A stretch of DNA of 58,261 nucleotides from a virus (lineage: Duplodnaviria > Caudoviricetes): positions 1-58,261 of the IMG/VR virus record IMGVR_UViG_3300035701_002605; one strand, 5' to 3'. The notes under the pieces are model-generated. The model searched no databases and was not told the origin of the DNA. It saw nothing but the letters and a program-made list of their open reading frames with translations. Shown piece by piece: positions 18,694 to 28,557 of this stretch (positions within the stretch are counted from its first letter, which is position 1; each line of letters opens with the position of its first letter). The position numbers were made by a program, and so were the translations under genes.

Positions 18694-19496
18694 GGCGCCG
18701 GCCTCCGCCATGCGCCGATCCCGAAGTGGCCATCGGGCTCCGTTGCCCGGCGGTAGCCCATCCCTGCTAGCACATCGTCCAGAGTTTCCAGTAGGAAGGC
18801 GGTCTCTGGCAGGTGCGTGGGGTAGGGGCGGAAGCTATGCCGCGTCAGGTACAGCACGCCATCCGGCGCCAGGGCGGCGTCGAAGCGCCGGAGTAGGTTG
18901 ACAGGGTCCGGGATATGCTCGACTACGTCCAGCGCTGCCAGGGCGCCCCATCCGTGGTGCATTAGCGCGCCGTGGGGCGTAAACACGCGGACGGTGCCGG
19001 GAGCCCAATTCTCGGTGCCGGCCCAGATCCCGGCCTGCTCGAAGCGCCAGCGGGCAAACTCGGCGGTCTCGCCCAGGTCGGCAAAGCCCACCTGGTAGCC
19101 CTGGGCGGCGAGGAATAGGGCTTGCTGGCCGATCCCGCCGCCGTAGTCCAGGATCGTGCGCCCGGCCATGCCCAGGTAGGATAGGCCACCGTGCACGACG
19201 TTGGCCCGATGGTCGCCGGCCCACATCTGGCCCGGCGGGCCGATCCCCCGCAGAAGCTCGAAGATAAGGCCGTAGCAGCCGTCGTAGAACTGGCGGACCT
19301 TGCGCTTGGGTAGCCGGTCGGCAGCGCTCACATCCTGCCACTTGAAGTCGGGGCCGGTGGTCTGCTGCCATTCAAGCTCCAACAGCACGGCGGCGTCTAC
19401 GCCGACCTCGGAGTAGGCGTCAAAGTAGGCTCGGGGCAGGCCGGGCCAGTATGCCAACGCTAGCTGGTAGGCGTACTCGACCGCTTCATCGCTCAC
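18690..19496 (-). CDS. Class I SAM-dependent methyltransferase
   Basis: ILDYGGGIG, LDVVEHIPDP, LAPDG; GTG start with GGAGG RBS. Confidence 0.88.
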   Translation of the reverse strand: MSDEAVEYAYQLALAYWPGLPRAYFDAYSEVGVDAAVLLELEWQQTTGPDFKWQDVSAADRLPKRKVRQFYDGCYGLIFELLRGIGPPGQMWAGDHRANVVHGGLSYLGMAGRTILDYGGGIGQQALFLAAQGYQVGFADLGETAEFARWRFEQAGIWAGTENWAPGTVRVFTPHGALMHHGWGALAALDVVEHIPDPVNLLRRFDAALAPDGVLYLTRHSFRPYPTHLPETAFLLETLDDVLAGMGYRRATEPDGHFGIGAWRRPAP

Positions 19497-20485
19497 CACG
19501 TACCTCCGTCCGCCACCTGCGCCAGCAGGGCCTCGGCCTTGCCGGCCATGGCGTTGATGCTTAGGTGGTCCTCTACGTGCCGCCGGCAGGCGGCGGGGTC
19601 TAGCCTTAGCCACGCCCGTTCCTGTAAGCAAGCAACGAAGTTAGGCTCCGTTGCCATGAGCAAGCCGCTTACCCCGTCCAGGATGAATTCGGGGGTGGAG
19701 CCGTGGTCGAAGGCGAAGACGGGCGTGCCGGATGCCATCGCCTCTATCACCACGATCGGCGCCGGGTCCTGGGCCTCAGAGGTCATTAGTAGGCAGGCCG
19801 ACTGCGACAGGAGAAGTAGCCGCTGGTTGCCGGCGACCTCGCCCACATAGTCCGCCCAGCCCTCGGGCTTAATGCGGGGGCGCATGTAGGCGCCGAAGTA
19901 GCTGCTATCCACGGCCTGCCCGGCTACCGTGATCGGGATACCGGCGCGCTCACAGAGGTCGACCGCCAGGTGGGGCCGCTTATAGGGCATGATCCGGCCC
20001 ATCCAGAGGGCGCCCAGGCGCCGGTTCATCGGGGGGCCGACGCGGAAGTCGCCGGGCTCGATCCCGTTGTGCAGGGCGACCGGGTTAGGCCGTCCGTGCC
20101 AGCGGCCGTGAGCCAGGGAGCAGAAGACCACGTTGCGGGCGTGGGGCTCGATCTGGGCGTTACCGTGGATCATGGTAACGGCCGGCAGGGCCGGCCATCG
20201 GCTCTGCGCTAGCTGCCATCGGCTATGATCGAACAGCACGTCGGGCCGGGGCCGGCGCTCCATCCGATCCACGATCGCGGTCTCCGTGGCCGATGGGGTC
20301 CGATATTGCGATACGGTGACTAACTCGACGCCCGGCACGTCCGAGCCGACCAGCGCGAACAGCGTTACATGATGGCCCCGGCGGCTCAGGTTCTCGCCCA
20401 GCTTAGCGACCAGGTACTCTAGGGCCGCCGTAGCCCGCGCGGGCGTAGGCGCGAAGACGCTAGACTGTAGCCAGATGTTCATCAC
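19493..20485 (-). CDS. Glycosyltransferase family 4
   Basis: GHHVTLFA, HNGI, GRIMPYK, VIEAMASGTPV. Confidence 0.92.
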   Translation of the reverse strand: MMNIWLQSSVFAPTPARATAALEYLVAKLGENLSRRGHHVTLFALVGSDVPGVELVTVSQYRTPSATETAIVDRMERRPRPDVLFDHSRWQLAQSRWPALPAVTMIHGNAQIEPHARNVVFCSLAHGRWHGRPNPVALHNGIEPGDFRVGPPMNRRLGALWMGRIMPYKRPHLAVDLCERAGIPITVAGQAVDSSYFGAYMRPRIKPEGWADYVGEVAGNQRLLLLSQSACLLMTSEAQDPAPIVVIEAMASGTPVFAFDHGSTPEFILDGVSGLLMATEPNFVACLQERAWLRLDPAACRRHVEDHLSINAMAGKAEALLAQVADGGTW

Positions 20486-20919
20486 CAGACCTCCAAGACG
20501 CAGTCGATCGACTTACCACATGGGCTGAAGGCCCGGCGCTCCGGCGGTAGGACCTCTAGGTTACGGTCGTTTTCGATGATGCCCAGGCGGTAGCGGGCGC
20601 CGCTGGCCTTGGTAGCTACCTGCAACACATCGATCAGGGGCTTTAGGGCGCCCACGCAGTTATCAGGGTCGGCAGCCTGGCGGGTGAAGTGGTGGGTCGT
20701 CGCCAGGCGTCCGTGCTGGAAGCCGCTCGGCCATTTCTGGCCCGGCTTGACGTGGCCGGCCCGTTGGAGCCACACCACGATCGCGGCGCCGGCCATGGTC
20801 GCGTAGTCGCGGCCGTGCTTCTGCTTGGCGGACCAGTGGGCACGGGCGTTAGGGAGAAGCGGCGGCGGCGGGTAGGGAACCGTGAACCGTAGGACCAGGG
20901 GCTTAGACGGCGTGGTCAC
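20482..20919 (-). CDS. RusA-like Holliday junction resolvase
   Basis: PPP..PN, DPDN...ALK.LID.L, GIIEND. Confidence 0.7.
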   Translation of the reverse strand: MTTPSKPLVLRFTVPYPPPPLLPNARAHWSAKQKHGRDYATMAGAAIVVWLQRAGHVKPGQKWPSGFQHGRLATTHHFTRQAADPDNCVGALKPLIDVLQVATKASGARYRLGIIENDRNLEVLPPERRAFSPCGKSIDCVLEVW

Positions 20920-21928
20920 TAACGATCTCCCGGAGTAGATGATCCCAGGCGACGGCGAAGCCCGTCAGGTTGGCGTGCCGCTCCGCCCAGGCCCGCGACA
21001 TCCCGCGCATGATCCCCCGGCCTCCTTCCCGGCAAAGCTGCCGGATCGCATGGGCAAAGTCCTCCGGCCTAGCCGTTATGGGGAGAGTATAGCCCACCGA
21101 CGTCAGGCCGCTAGGCGCCCAGGGGATGTCCTCGAAAATGCCGGCCTGGGTAGTGACGACGGGTAGGTCAGTCGCCATCGCCTCTAGGCAGGCGTAGGCG
21201 TTCCCCTCGTGGCGGGTAGGATGCAGGAAGATATGGCCCCGGCGGAAGGCGTCGGCCTCCTCGCCGATCCCGGCGTTCAGGTACTCGATCTGGTAGTCGG
21301 GTCCGAGCATGGCGGCTATCGCCGGAATGATCCGGCTACCCTTCTTCGCATTCTTGCCAGCCGCCTCTAGCACGATCCACGGTGGGCCGGGCGGTAGCGG
21401 CTCATCCGGCGGGCGGAAGGCTGCAAGGTCGACGCCGTGATAGATCGTGGCTACGGCGGTCCGGCCGTAGTGCCGGCGTAGCTCGCGGGCCGACGCGGCG
21501 CTGCAAGCCACCGGGTAGGCGTTAGGCGCGTTGAACGCCTCGCCCTGGCGCTGGACCTCGTCGGTGGGGCGCATGCCCATTCGCACGAACATCTCCGCCC
21601 AGGTGCCGTGCACGACAGGGACCACCGGCCGGCTAGTAACGCCGATCCCCCAGTAGCCGTCGCTCACGGCGATGTCGTAGCCGACACCGAAGGCCGGCCC
21701 GTCCAGCCAGGCCCCTAGGACGTAGGCTTTGTCTGGGTTGCCGACTCCCTGGCGATCATAGCGCTCATGGCCGGGCATGTCCGCCCAGCTAATGATGATA
21801 ACTTCCCAGCCGCGCTCCGATAGGGCGGCCTTCAGGTAGGCGGCGAACTTCTCGACGCCCCCTGACTCCCCGTCGGCGCGCTTTAGCCAGGAGATGTGCA
21901 CCGCTCTAGGTGGCCCGGTCCGGCTCAT
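20903..21928 (-). CDS. Glycosyltransferase family 4
   Basis: GGVEK, HGVD..F, KKG, EGNAYACLEAMATDLPVV. Confidence 0.9.
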   Translation of the reverse strand: MSRTGPPRAVHISWLKRADGESGGVEKFAAYLKAALSERGWEVIIISWADMPGHERYDRQGVGNPDKAYVLGAWLDGPAFGVGYDIAVSDGYWGIGVTSRPVVPVVHGTWAEMFVRMGMRPTDEVQRQGEAFNAPNAYPVACSAASARELRRHYGRTAVATIYHGVDLAAFRPPDEPLPPGPPWIVLEAAGKNAKKGSRIIPAIAAMLGPDYQIEYLNAGIGEEADAFRRGHIFLHPTRHEGNAYACLEAMATDLPVVTTQAGIFEDIPWAPSGLTSVGYTLPITARPEDFAHAIRQLCREGGRGIMRGMSRAWAERHANLTGFAVAWDHLLREIVSDHAV

Positions 21929-22920
21929 GGTAGTTTGCCCTGAAGGATGCCCCACACCGCCTCGCCTGTCAGATCCCGGAGAGTCTTGCCCCTTGGGCAG
22001 TCGTGGGTGTCGCCGGGCGGTACGTGGGGGCGGCCCTCGACGTGGCCGAAGCGCCACATGCAGGGCTCGCACCACTCAGCGTTGCGGACCTCGGTGATAA
22101 GCTCGGGCGGCCCCCACACCTGGACCTTATAGGATGTCGCGCAAGTCATAACGATGGCCGGCTTCCCTAGGGCGAAACGCAGGTGGGCTAGGCCGCCCTC
22201 GGTGCAAAGCATCGACTCGCAGCGGTCCACTACGCCGGCGGTCTGGCGGATGTCAAGCGTCCCGGATAGGTTGATGGCATCGGACCAGGGCCGGCCCTGA
22301 AGGTGGCGGCCGGCTAGCACCACCGGGGTCCAACCGGTCTCTCGTAGCCGGCCGATGATGTAGGTCCAGCCCTCGTCAGTCCACATCTTTCCGGCCCAGC
22401 CCACGCGCGGGCTAAGGGCACAGTAGGGTCCGGGGGCGGCCTCGGCAAGCAGGGCGTCGGCTTCTTGGCGCTCGTAGTCCTGTAGGTAGTAGTCAAGGTC
22501 GAAGCGGGTAGCGGCGCTCCACGGAAGCCCTAGCCGGTCAAAGTAGCGGCCTTGGAGCGGCGCGTCCAGGGGCGGGCCGCCGTATTTGACGTAGTACATC
22601 TCGACGGCCTCGGCTTTGCCGGGACGCCGCTCGTCGATGTCCAGGACCCGGCTGATGTGGGGGTTATACCAGAGCATCTCGTCGGGCGCCCCGCCGCTGC
22701 CGGGGGCGGCGCCCGGCGCGTCGTACTCGACGCGGTGCCGGCCCTTTATGATCGTCTGAAAGAGGATAGTGGCGGCGGGCTCCCGCCGCTTCAAGGCCCG
22801 GATGGCCGGCGTACAACACAGCACGTCGCCCAGGCCCCAGGAGAGGTAGAGCAGATAGACCTTGGGCTTTAGGACTCTGGCTCCCTCTCGAACAGCGGTT
22901 TCTTGCCCCCGGTGCAGCAT
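21925..22920 (-). CDS. Glycosyltransferase family 9 (heptosyltransferase-like); start uncertain
   Basis: GLGDVLCCTPAIRALK, KMW, LSGTLDIRQTA, EGGLAHL..ALGKP. Confidence 0.88.
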   Translation of the reverse strand: MLHRGQETAVREGARVLKPKVYLLYLSWGLGDVLCCTPAIRALKRREPAATILFQTIIKGRHRVEYDAPGAAPGSGGAPDEMLWYNPHISRVLDIDERRPGKAEAVEMYYVKYGGPPLDAPLQGRYFDRLGLPWSAATRFDLDYYLQDYERQEADALLAEAAPGPYCALSPRVGWAGKMWTDEGWTYIIGRLRETGWTPVVLAGRHLQGRPWSDAINLSGTLDIRQTAGVVDRCESMLCTEGGLAHLRFALGKPAIVMTCATSYKVQVWGPPELITEVRNAEWCEPCMWRFGHVEGRPHVPPGDTHDCPRGKTLRDLTGEAVWGILQGKLP

Positions 22921-23078
22921 TCCCCTTTAAACCCCAGCAGTGGCACTACGTCTACCTCGTCTACGTCGATGGTCCGCCGGCCGAACATCGGCACGTGGTA
23001 GACCTTCCCGCTAGGCAGCCTGGTCCGGGCGCCTACGGTAGCCGGCCCAGGGAAGCGGTAGCGGAGCCGAACCGTCAT
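22869..23078 (-). CDS. Hypothetical protein
   Basis: 69 aa in operon order. Confidence 0.55.
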   Translation of the reverse strand: MTVRLRYRFPGPATVGARTRLPSGKVYHVPMFGRRTIDVDEVDVVPLLGFKGECCTGGKKPLFEREPES

Positions 23079-23081
23079 TCT

Positions 23082-23666
23082 CTAGCGCCCGGCCAGGGCA
23101 CCCATCCCCTCGGCGCCGATGCTCTTGGGTCCTTGGGCCGTCACGCGCCGGCCGCGCGGCTGGGATGGGTCGGCGTAGGAGTCGGCCGGGGGCTCACCGG
23201 TTGGCGGCGCGGTAGCAGGGGGCGCCTCTGGCGCTTCCGGCTCCGGCGCGTCTGCCATCGGCATTCCCGACGACATCGCCCGCCGCTCCTCCGCCAGGAT
23301 CACGGCGGCCCGGTCCTGGGCTAGCAGGGTTTCTCGCCGGCCCATGATGAAGTAGGGCGTCCAGGCAAGGACGCTCGGCTGCCGGCCAACGCCGCTGCGA
23401 TGGCGCACCTCCTCACAATAGTCGGCGTGAATGATGTCCCAGCCCTGGTCAAGCAGCCCTTGGCACTCCTCTAGCCCACGGGCGGCGCTAACCGAACGGT
23501 AGGGCGACAGATCGGCCGGCACGCGCACGGTAGCGACAAAGCGCTCGAAGGCGGCGGTAAGGGACTGTAGGACGGGGGTTAGGGTATCTGGCGTGGGCTG
23601 CGTGGGGGTTTCGGCCGGCGGTAGGCCCGGCTCCTGGGGGGTTTCGGCTGGCTCGGCGTTTGACAT
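23082..23666 (-). CDS. Hypothetical protein with Pro-rich ends
   Basis: AGGAGG RBS; first gene after the capsid terminator. Confidence 0.65.
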   Translation of the reverse strand: MSNAEPAETPQEPGLPPAETPTQPTPDTLTPVLQSLTAAFERFVATVRVPADLSPYRSVSAARGLEECQGLLDQGWDIIHADYCEEVRHRSGVGRQPSVLAWTPYFIMGRRETLLAQDRAAVILAEERRAMSSGMPMADAPEPEAPEAPPATAPPTGEPPADSYADPSQPRGRRVTAQGPKSIGAEGMGALAGR

Positions 23667-23700
23667 GAGGCCTCCTATCTTGCGACATCAACCTGCCGCG

Positions 23701-23730
23701 ACTGTACGCTGCGGCGGGCCGGCATGTCAA
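23701..23730 (-). promoter_or_regulatory. Sigma70-type promoter for the glycosylation cluster (degenerate palindrome)
   Basis: TTGACA-N18-TACAGT. Confidence 0.55.
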
Positions 23731-23736
23731 GGGATA

Positions 23737-23772
23737 GAAAGGCCGGAGCCCCCGCTTAACGGGGGCTCCGGC
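23737..23772 (-). terminator. Probable intrinsic terminator after the major capsid gene
   Basis: 13-bp GC stem GCCGGAGCCCCCG/CGGGGGCTCCGGC followed by CTTTCT. Confidence 0.7.
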
Positions 23773-23793
23773 AACCGGCCTGCTGGGGCTCGG

Positions 23794-25326
23794 TTACGTC
23801 GGGATGCCCAGCCACGTCGGCGTGCACGGGTGAACGTAGGTGCAGCCATCGTCGACCAGGCCGGCAAAGGTCATCTGGCAGAGCGCCTGCGCGCACATCG
23901 CCTTGACGACCAGCGCCGAGACCGCCCAGATCTCGAAGGCGATCGAGGTACACCCCGGCGTCAGGTCCTTGGCGCTCAAAGGTATCTGCGTCGCCTTGTA
24001 GATCAGGGGCTCGCCGTTGTGGGTGAGCCGGACCGGGTAAATGATGCTGTTGAACCTGCCGTTGCCCAGGTCGACCCTGGGGAACCGCGAGTCGCCGATG
24101 AGGGCTATCGGGCCGATACCGGCCATGATCGTCGACGCGAAGTTAAGCCCAGGGATGATGCCCTCGTTCTTGTCGAAGAACACGGTCTGGCTCCCGATCC
24201 CGTAGTAGCCCAGGGCGATCGCCGCCAGGGCCGTCGGGTGCCCAAGGATGGCCTGCGGGTGCGCGCAGCCACCGGCCAGGAACATGTCCAGGTTGGCGGC
24301 CGAGAACGTCCCCGACATCCAGGCCGGGCAGGACCGCGCGCCGTTGGCGGCCGTGATCTGGGCAACGATCCCGTCGAACTCCAACGGGTTGTTCCAGTGG
24401 TCGCCGTTAACGAGCAGGTCGTCCCAACAATTCAGGACCAGGATCATCGCCAGGCGCAGTTCCTTCTCCTTGAGGTCGGCAACGCCGCCCCGGATAAGGC
24501 TGGCAACGTCCTTCTCCCCCGGAAGCCCCTGGTCGTTGAAGCCGCCGATCAACTGGTTGACGCCGAAGCCGCCGGCGATACCAGCGATCGAGTGCCTGAT
24601 CCGGGACTCCACGAGGGTCTTCTTGACGCCGAAGTGCCGCTTGGTGACGGCCTGGAAGTCGGTGTCGTGCACGTCGTCCTCCGGGCATTCGCCCGGCGTA
24701 AAGGCGCACGAGTCGCAACCAGACGCGAACTCCAACCGCGTCAACTCCCGCCAGACCTCGATCATCGACCCGTCTACCTGCTCCGGGAAGGCCGTATAGA
24801 GCCCTAGCTCCTCACACAGCGTTATGATCTCCGTCTGGTCGATCGGCACGCCGAACTCGGCCCAGAAGTCGTGTATCGGCGTGGGCGGCGACGGCTGAAT
24901 GACCGGGTCGGTGTCCCGAAGCTGAAGGTAGGCAGCCCGCACGACGTTGCGGATCGCCTCGGGGTCGGCCGACGCAACCGCCTTCTTGAAGTCCTCTCCC
25001 ATCTGGGACTCGATGGCGGCGGCGCGCTGCTTTAGCTCGTCGCTGGCGGCGTGGCGCGCTACCACCTTTTGCGCCCACTCGAAGACCTCATCGGGCTCCG
25101 CGTAGTGGGCGATGTCCAATGGAATTCCCCGGCGATCCACCGGCGGAGTATGCGGGCGCCGGCCCTCATAGGCCGCGCGCTGCTCCTCCTCCTCCTTCCA
25201 CTGGCCGAAGCTCATCGTCCGGTAGGCGCCGGACCCGAAGAAAGCCGGGTCGATCCCGCCGCCGCCGAACATGTTTGGCGCCTTCAAGGCCGGATGCGGC
25301 CCGAAGGGCGGGCCTGCATACTTCAT
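23794..25326 (-). CDS. Major capsid protein
   Basis: 510 aa after the scaffold; LVNGD...EFDGI motif; strong terminator downstream. Confidence 0.8.
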   Translation of the reverse strand: MKYAGPPFGPHPALKAPNMFGGGGIDPAFFGSGAYRTMSFGQWKEEEEQRAAYEGRRPHTPPVDRRGIPLDIAHYAEPDEVFEWAQKVVARHAASDELKQRAAAIESQMGEDFKKAVASADPEAIRNVVRAAYLQLRDTDPVIQPSPPTPIHDFWAEFGVPIDQTEIITLCEELGLYTAFPEQVDGSMIEVWRELTRLEFASGCDSCAFTPGECPEDDVHDTDFQAVTKRHFGVKKTLVESRIRHSIAGIAGGFGVNQLIGGFNDQGLPGEKDVASLIRGGVADLKEKELRLAMILVLNCWDDLLVNGDHWNNPLEFDGIVAQITAANGARSCPAWMSGTFSAANLDMFLAGGCAHPQAILGHPTALAAIALGYYGIGSQTVFFDKNEGIIPGLNFASTIMAGIGPIALIGDSRFPRVDLGNGRFNSIIYPVRLTHNGEPLIYKATQIPLSAKDLTPGCTSIAFEIWAVSALVVKAMCAQALCQMTFAGLVDDGCTYVHPCTPTWLGIPT

Positions 25327-25339
25327 CTGTTAGTCCCTC

Positions 25340-27925
25340 CTAGGCGCGCGGGTCGAAGCCCGCGCGGTGATGGGCGCCGCGCGCGAACTGGCTGGGAGAC
25401 CAGCCGTACTGGCCAGGCCGCTCCACGTTGCGGCTCTGGCGCAGCACCTCGGTCTCTAGCCTGGGCGTAAAGCCCTTGCGCCGGGGCGGGGCCGCAGGCG
25501 GCGCGTTGGGGGCCGCCCTCTGGCCGTCGTCGACCGGCGCCGGCTCTGGCGCAGCGCGTAGCTGGTCCTCGATGGCCCGCAGCCGCCCCAATATCCCGAT
25601 CTGGACATCGGTGGGGTCGGACGCGGGCGCCGGTAGGCACCGCCGCAGATCGTCCGTTAGCTGCTCTAGGAGGCCCTGTACCTCGACGGCGTCGGCGCCG
25701 CGATCTATGGCGGCGTTTATGCCGGCCAGGCTTTCGGCCACGGCAGCGCGAGCCTCCGGGTCCGGCCCGCCCGCCGGCGCTTGGTTGGCTCCACCTGCGC
25801 CTTCAGGCTTTACGCCGGGCTCGGCCGCTGCTCCGCTCGACCTCTGGGCATCCCCTGGGGCCGCTTGGGCGATGATGCTGGCGATGATCTGGCCAAACTC
25901 GTTCAAGGCCCGCTGCACGTTAGCGAGCCGGTCTTGCTGGTTAAGGTCCTCCGGGGCCGCGCCTACGTTGGCGATCACGATGTCTAGGAACGTGTAGCCG
26001 GCCGCGTAGGCGGCCTCCATTAGCTGATGCTCGTTCATCGCGCCGATCACCGAGTCGCTAGGCGATACGCCTTCCATTCCCCAGCGGTCGGTTAGCTCGG
26101 CGCGGTAGTCGGAGTCCGGTAGGAGCGCCCGGTGCGCCGGGCCGCTAGAGTCGGCCCGCAGGTTCTCGGACGCCCAGGCGACAAACTCCTTCATTGTGCC
26201 GGCGGCGCTGGTAAACTGCTTCAGCGCGTCGCTTACCTTGGCGAGCATCTCGCCCCGTACGCGCCGGCCAACGCGGTTCTCGGGCGCCGGCGCAGGGGCG
26301 GGCACCGGCGCGCCTACGCTGTCGGGGTCTCTCACGATGGCGCGGATGGCGGCGGCGAAGTCCGCTTCGCCTGTAGCACGTAGGACCGCGCCGCCTAGCC
26401 CGGCGTCGCCGGCGAACATCTCCACCGCGCCCGCCAGGGCTGGCAGGGCGATGGTGCCGTCGCCGATCCGGTGCCGCAGGAAGGCGCGGGCGTTAGCCAC
26501 ATCGGACTCGCCACAGTAGCCGGCGGCGGCCATGCCCTCCACTTCCTCCATGGCCTCTGCCCAGTGGCGTAGGTTGGACTCCTCTCGCTTCCAGGGGGGC
26601 GTCCGGTCCATCTGCCCGTAGTGGACGCCCAGGTGGGTCTTGGCCTTCTCTGTGTCGCCGGACTGGAACTCCTTGAAGCCGCCCCGTCCGCCCATCACGA
26701 CGTTGCCGGCCGCCATCACGCCGCGCTGGTGAGTGACGAGCTTGCCGTCCGCGATGTCGTGGTGGGGCAGGGCCATGCCGGTCTTGTTGTCCGGGTTTTC
26801 ACTGTCAAAGATGGCGAACCCCTGATGGGCCTTGCCGCCATCGAAGTTGCCCTCGGCGTCCGTGGCCCATTCCCAGACGCGGTTCCGGGCGCCGCCAGCA
26901 TCCCACTCGGTAGCGGCGTCGTTCAGGGCGGGCCGGTGGGTCGGCACGCCGGCGCGCTCGCCGGCCGTTACGTCTTCCCAGTTCTCGCCATCGGCGCTGA
27001 CCTCTAGGGCGACGCCGTCCGCGCCTTCCAGGTCGTACATCCGATAGATCAGCCCGTCCTCCTCGACGCTGCGGACGTTGGCCTTGCGGTTGGCCTGGTC
27101 TAGCCGGCCCGCCAGGTCTTCGCCGACGATGGCGGCGGCGTCCTCGCGCCGTAGCCGGCGCCGCGACTTGCTGGTTCGCATGTTGTCCTCCTCTACGCCG
27201 AAGTCGGCACGCGAGTTTCCGGGGCGGACCGTCAGGGCGATATGGTCCATGCGGCCGCGCGTGTAGGCCAGCACGCCGCAGTCCTCGACGATATGGCCCT
27301 CTGGGTAGAAGGCCTGGCTAGTGCAGATGCTCCGGTGTGCCGGCAGTAGGTCCGACTCCTTCAGGGCGGCCGCCCAGGCGGCCTCTACTAGCTCCGCCTG
27401 CAACGGGGTCGCCGGCGCGTCAAGGAATACGCCCTCCGCCTTGACCACGCGGCCGTCCCGGTAGAGGCGCGTGGCCTGCCCGATCTGGCTCTCTTTGCCG
27501 AAGTGGGCGACGCCGAGCCATGGCAGCCCGCCTAGGGCGGCCCGGCCGCAAACGTCGTCCTGGAACTCGATGGTCATGCGCGTGGCGTACTGGTCGACGC
27601 CGTCGTCCATCACGTTGGCGCGCCAGTGGCGGGCGCCATCGGCCGACTCCCATACCCGCGTTAGGTAGCCGTCGCCCTCGAAAGCCGCGCTGCGCTTGGA
27701 CCAGTTGCCGTCCGAGTCCTTCTTGTAGAGGCGCTTCACCGCCGCCCACGCGACGGCGAAGGCGTAACCCTCGCGGGGCTGGTCGGTCTTATCGGCAGAC
27801 CAGGAGTCGTAGGCGCTGTTGAAGGCGGCAACCCACACCGCCTTGGCATGCTCGGGTAGGGCCTTGACGTTGTCGGGCAGGGTATCGTCGCCCGGCCCGG
27901 AATAGGGGCGCGTTTGTAGCTCCAT
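25340..27925 (-). CDS. ChaB-domain / prohead protease-like / scaffold fusion protein
   Basis: LPDNVKALPEHAKAVWVAAFNSAY...AFAVAWAAVKRLYKK (ChaB); HIALTVRPGN (protease-like); low-complexity C-terminus; ATG 27925 follows the late box. Confidence 0.75.
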   Translation of the reverse strand: MELQTRPYSGPGDDTLPDNVKALPEHAKAVWVAAFNSAYDSWSADKTDQPREGYAFAVAWAAVKRLYKKDSDGNWSKRSAAFEGDGYLTRVWESADGARHWRANVMDDGVDQYATRMTIEFQDDVCGRAALGGLPWLGVAHFGKESQIGQATRLYRDGRVVKAEGVFLDAPATPLQAELVEAAWAAALKESDLLPAHRSICTSQAFYPEGHIVEDCGVLAYTRGRMDHIALTVRPGNSRADFGVEEDNMRTSKSRRRLRREDAAAIVGEDLAGRLDQANRKANVRSVEEDGLIYRMYDLEGADGVALEVSADGENWEDVTAGERAGVPTHRPALNDAATEWDAGGARNRVWEWATDAEGNFDGGKAHQGFAIFDSENPDNKTGMALPHHDIADGKLVTHQRGVMAAGNVVMGGRGGFKEFQSGDTEKAKTHLGVHYGQMDRTPPWKREESNLRHWAEAMEEVEGMAAAGYCGESDVANARAFLRHRIGDGTIALPALAGAVEMFAGDAGLGGAVLRATGEADFAAAIRAIVRDPDSVGAPVPAPAPAPENRVGRRVRGEMLAKVSDALKQFTSAAGTMKEFVAWASENLRADSSGPAHRALLPDSDYRAELTDRWGMEGVSPSDSVIGAMNEHQLMEAAYAAGYTFLDIVIANVGAAPEDLNQQDRLANVQRALNEFGQIIASIIAQAAPGDAQRSSGAAAEPGVKPEGAGGANQAPAGGPDPEARAAVAESLAGINAAIDRGADAVEVQGLLEQLTDDLRRCLPAPASDPTDVQIGILGRLRAIEDQLRAAPEPAPVDDGQRAAPNAPPAAPPRRKGFTPRLETEVLRQSRNVERPGQYGWSPSQFARGAHHRAGFDPRA

Positions 27926-27930
27926 CACCC

Positions 27931-27941
27931 TAATGGTCGAC
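27931..27941 (-). promoter_or_regulatory. Putative late promoter box GTCGACCATTA
   Basis: 19-mer at 27923-27941 is identical to 10421-10439. Confidence 0.65.
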
Positions 27942-27959
27942 GCGGCGAAGCGGGCGGGC

Positions 27960-28262
27960 TCAGGGAGAGCGGTCGGCGAGGATAGTGAGGGTGCGGACCA
28001 GGCGGCCCACACAGGCGATCGTAAGGGCGCGGCGGATGAATAGGCGCCGGCCGCCCCGGCGGCCGGCTTGGAAGATGCCAACCCAGGTGCCGGTGCAGAG
28101 GTAGCAGGCTAGCAGGTCGTCAAGGGGCGGCGGTAGGTAGCGGGCGGCGGCGGCCCGCACAGGCTCGAAGATGTCGCTGTCAACGATGATGGTCGTTAGC
28201 TGGGCGTTGACCAGGCCATCGATCGCCAGGTCGGTTAGCTGTAGATCATCGGGGGCGCCCAT
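27960..28262 (-). CDS. DUF1360-like protein
   Basis: DSDIFEPVR...LLACYLCTGTWV pattern. Confidence 0.65.
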   Translation of the reverse strand: MGAPDDLQLTDLAIDGLVNAQLTTIIVDSDIFEPVRAAAARYLPPPLDDLLACYLCTGTWVGIFQAGRRGGRRLFIRRALTIACVGRLVRTLTILADRSP

Positions 28263-28528
28263 GAGTGGACCTCCTCGGCATGCTGGCGGGTAAGGCGCTC
28301 GCGGGCCATCTCCGCACTCTCAGCGCACAGCGTAACCGGCCCTGAGTCGTACGGCGGATCGCAGGCGGTACAGACCAGGCGCGCAAGATAGGCGCCGGCG
28401 GCGGCGAGGTCGGCGGCCCCGCAGACGCGCGGCGCGTCGTAGGTGACAACGGCCATGCAGCTAGTTAGCGCTGCGGGTAGCGGTAGGAGTGGGCGTCGGC
28501 CGGTCAGCATAGCTATCACGGGGGCCAT
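28235..28528 (-). CDS. Hypothetical Cys-containing protein; true start probably downstream of 28528
   Basis: Follows a promoter whose -10 overlaps the annotated ATG. Confidence 0.45.
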   Translation of the reverse strand: MAPVIAMLTGRRPLLPLPAALTSCMAVVTYDAPRVCGAADLAAAGAYLARLVCTACDPPYDSGPVTLCAESAEMARERLTRQHAEEVHSWAPPMIYS

Positions 28529-28556
28529 GATAGACGCTGCGGCTAGGCGGTGTCAA
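28527..28556 (-). promoter_or_regulatory. Sigma70 promoter with operator-like palindrome
   Basis: TTGACA-N18-TATCAT with CTAGCCGCAGCGTCTA. Confidence 0.7.
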
Positions 28557-28557
28557 A

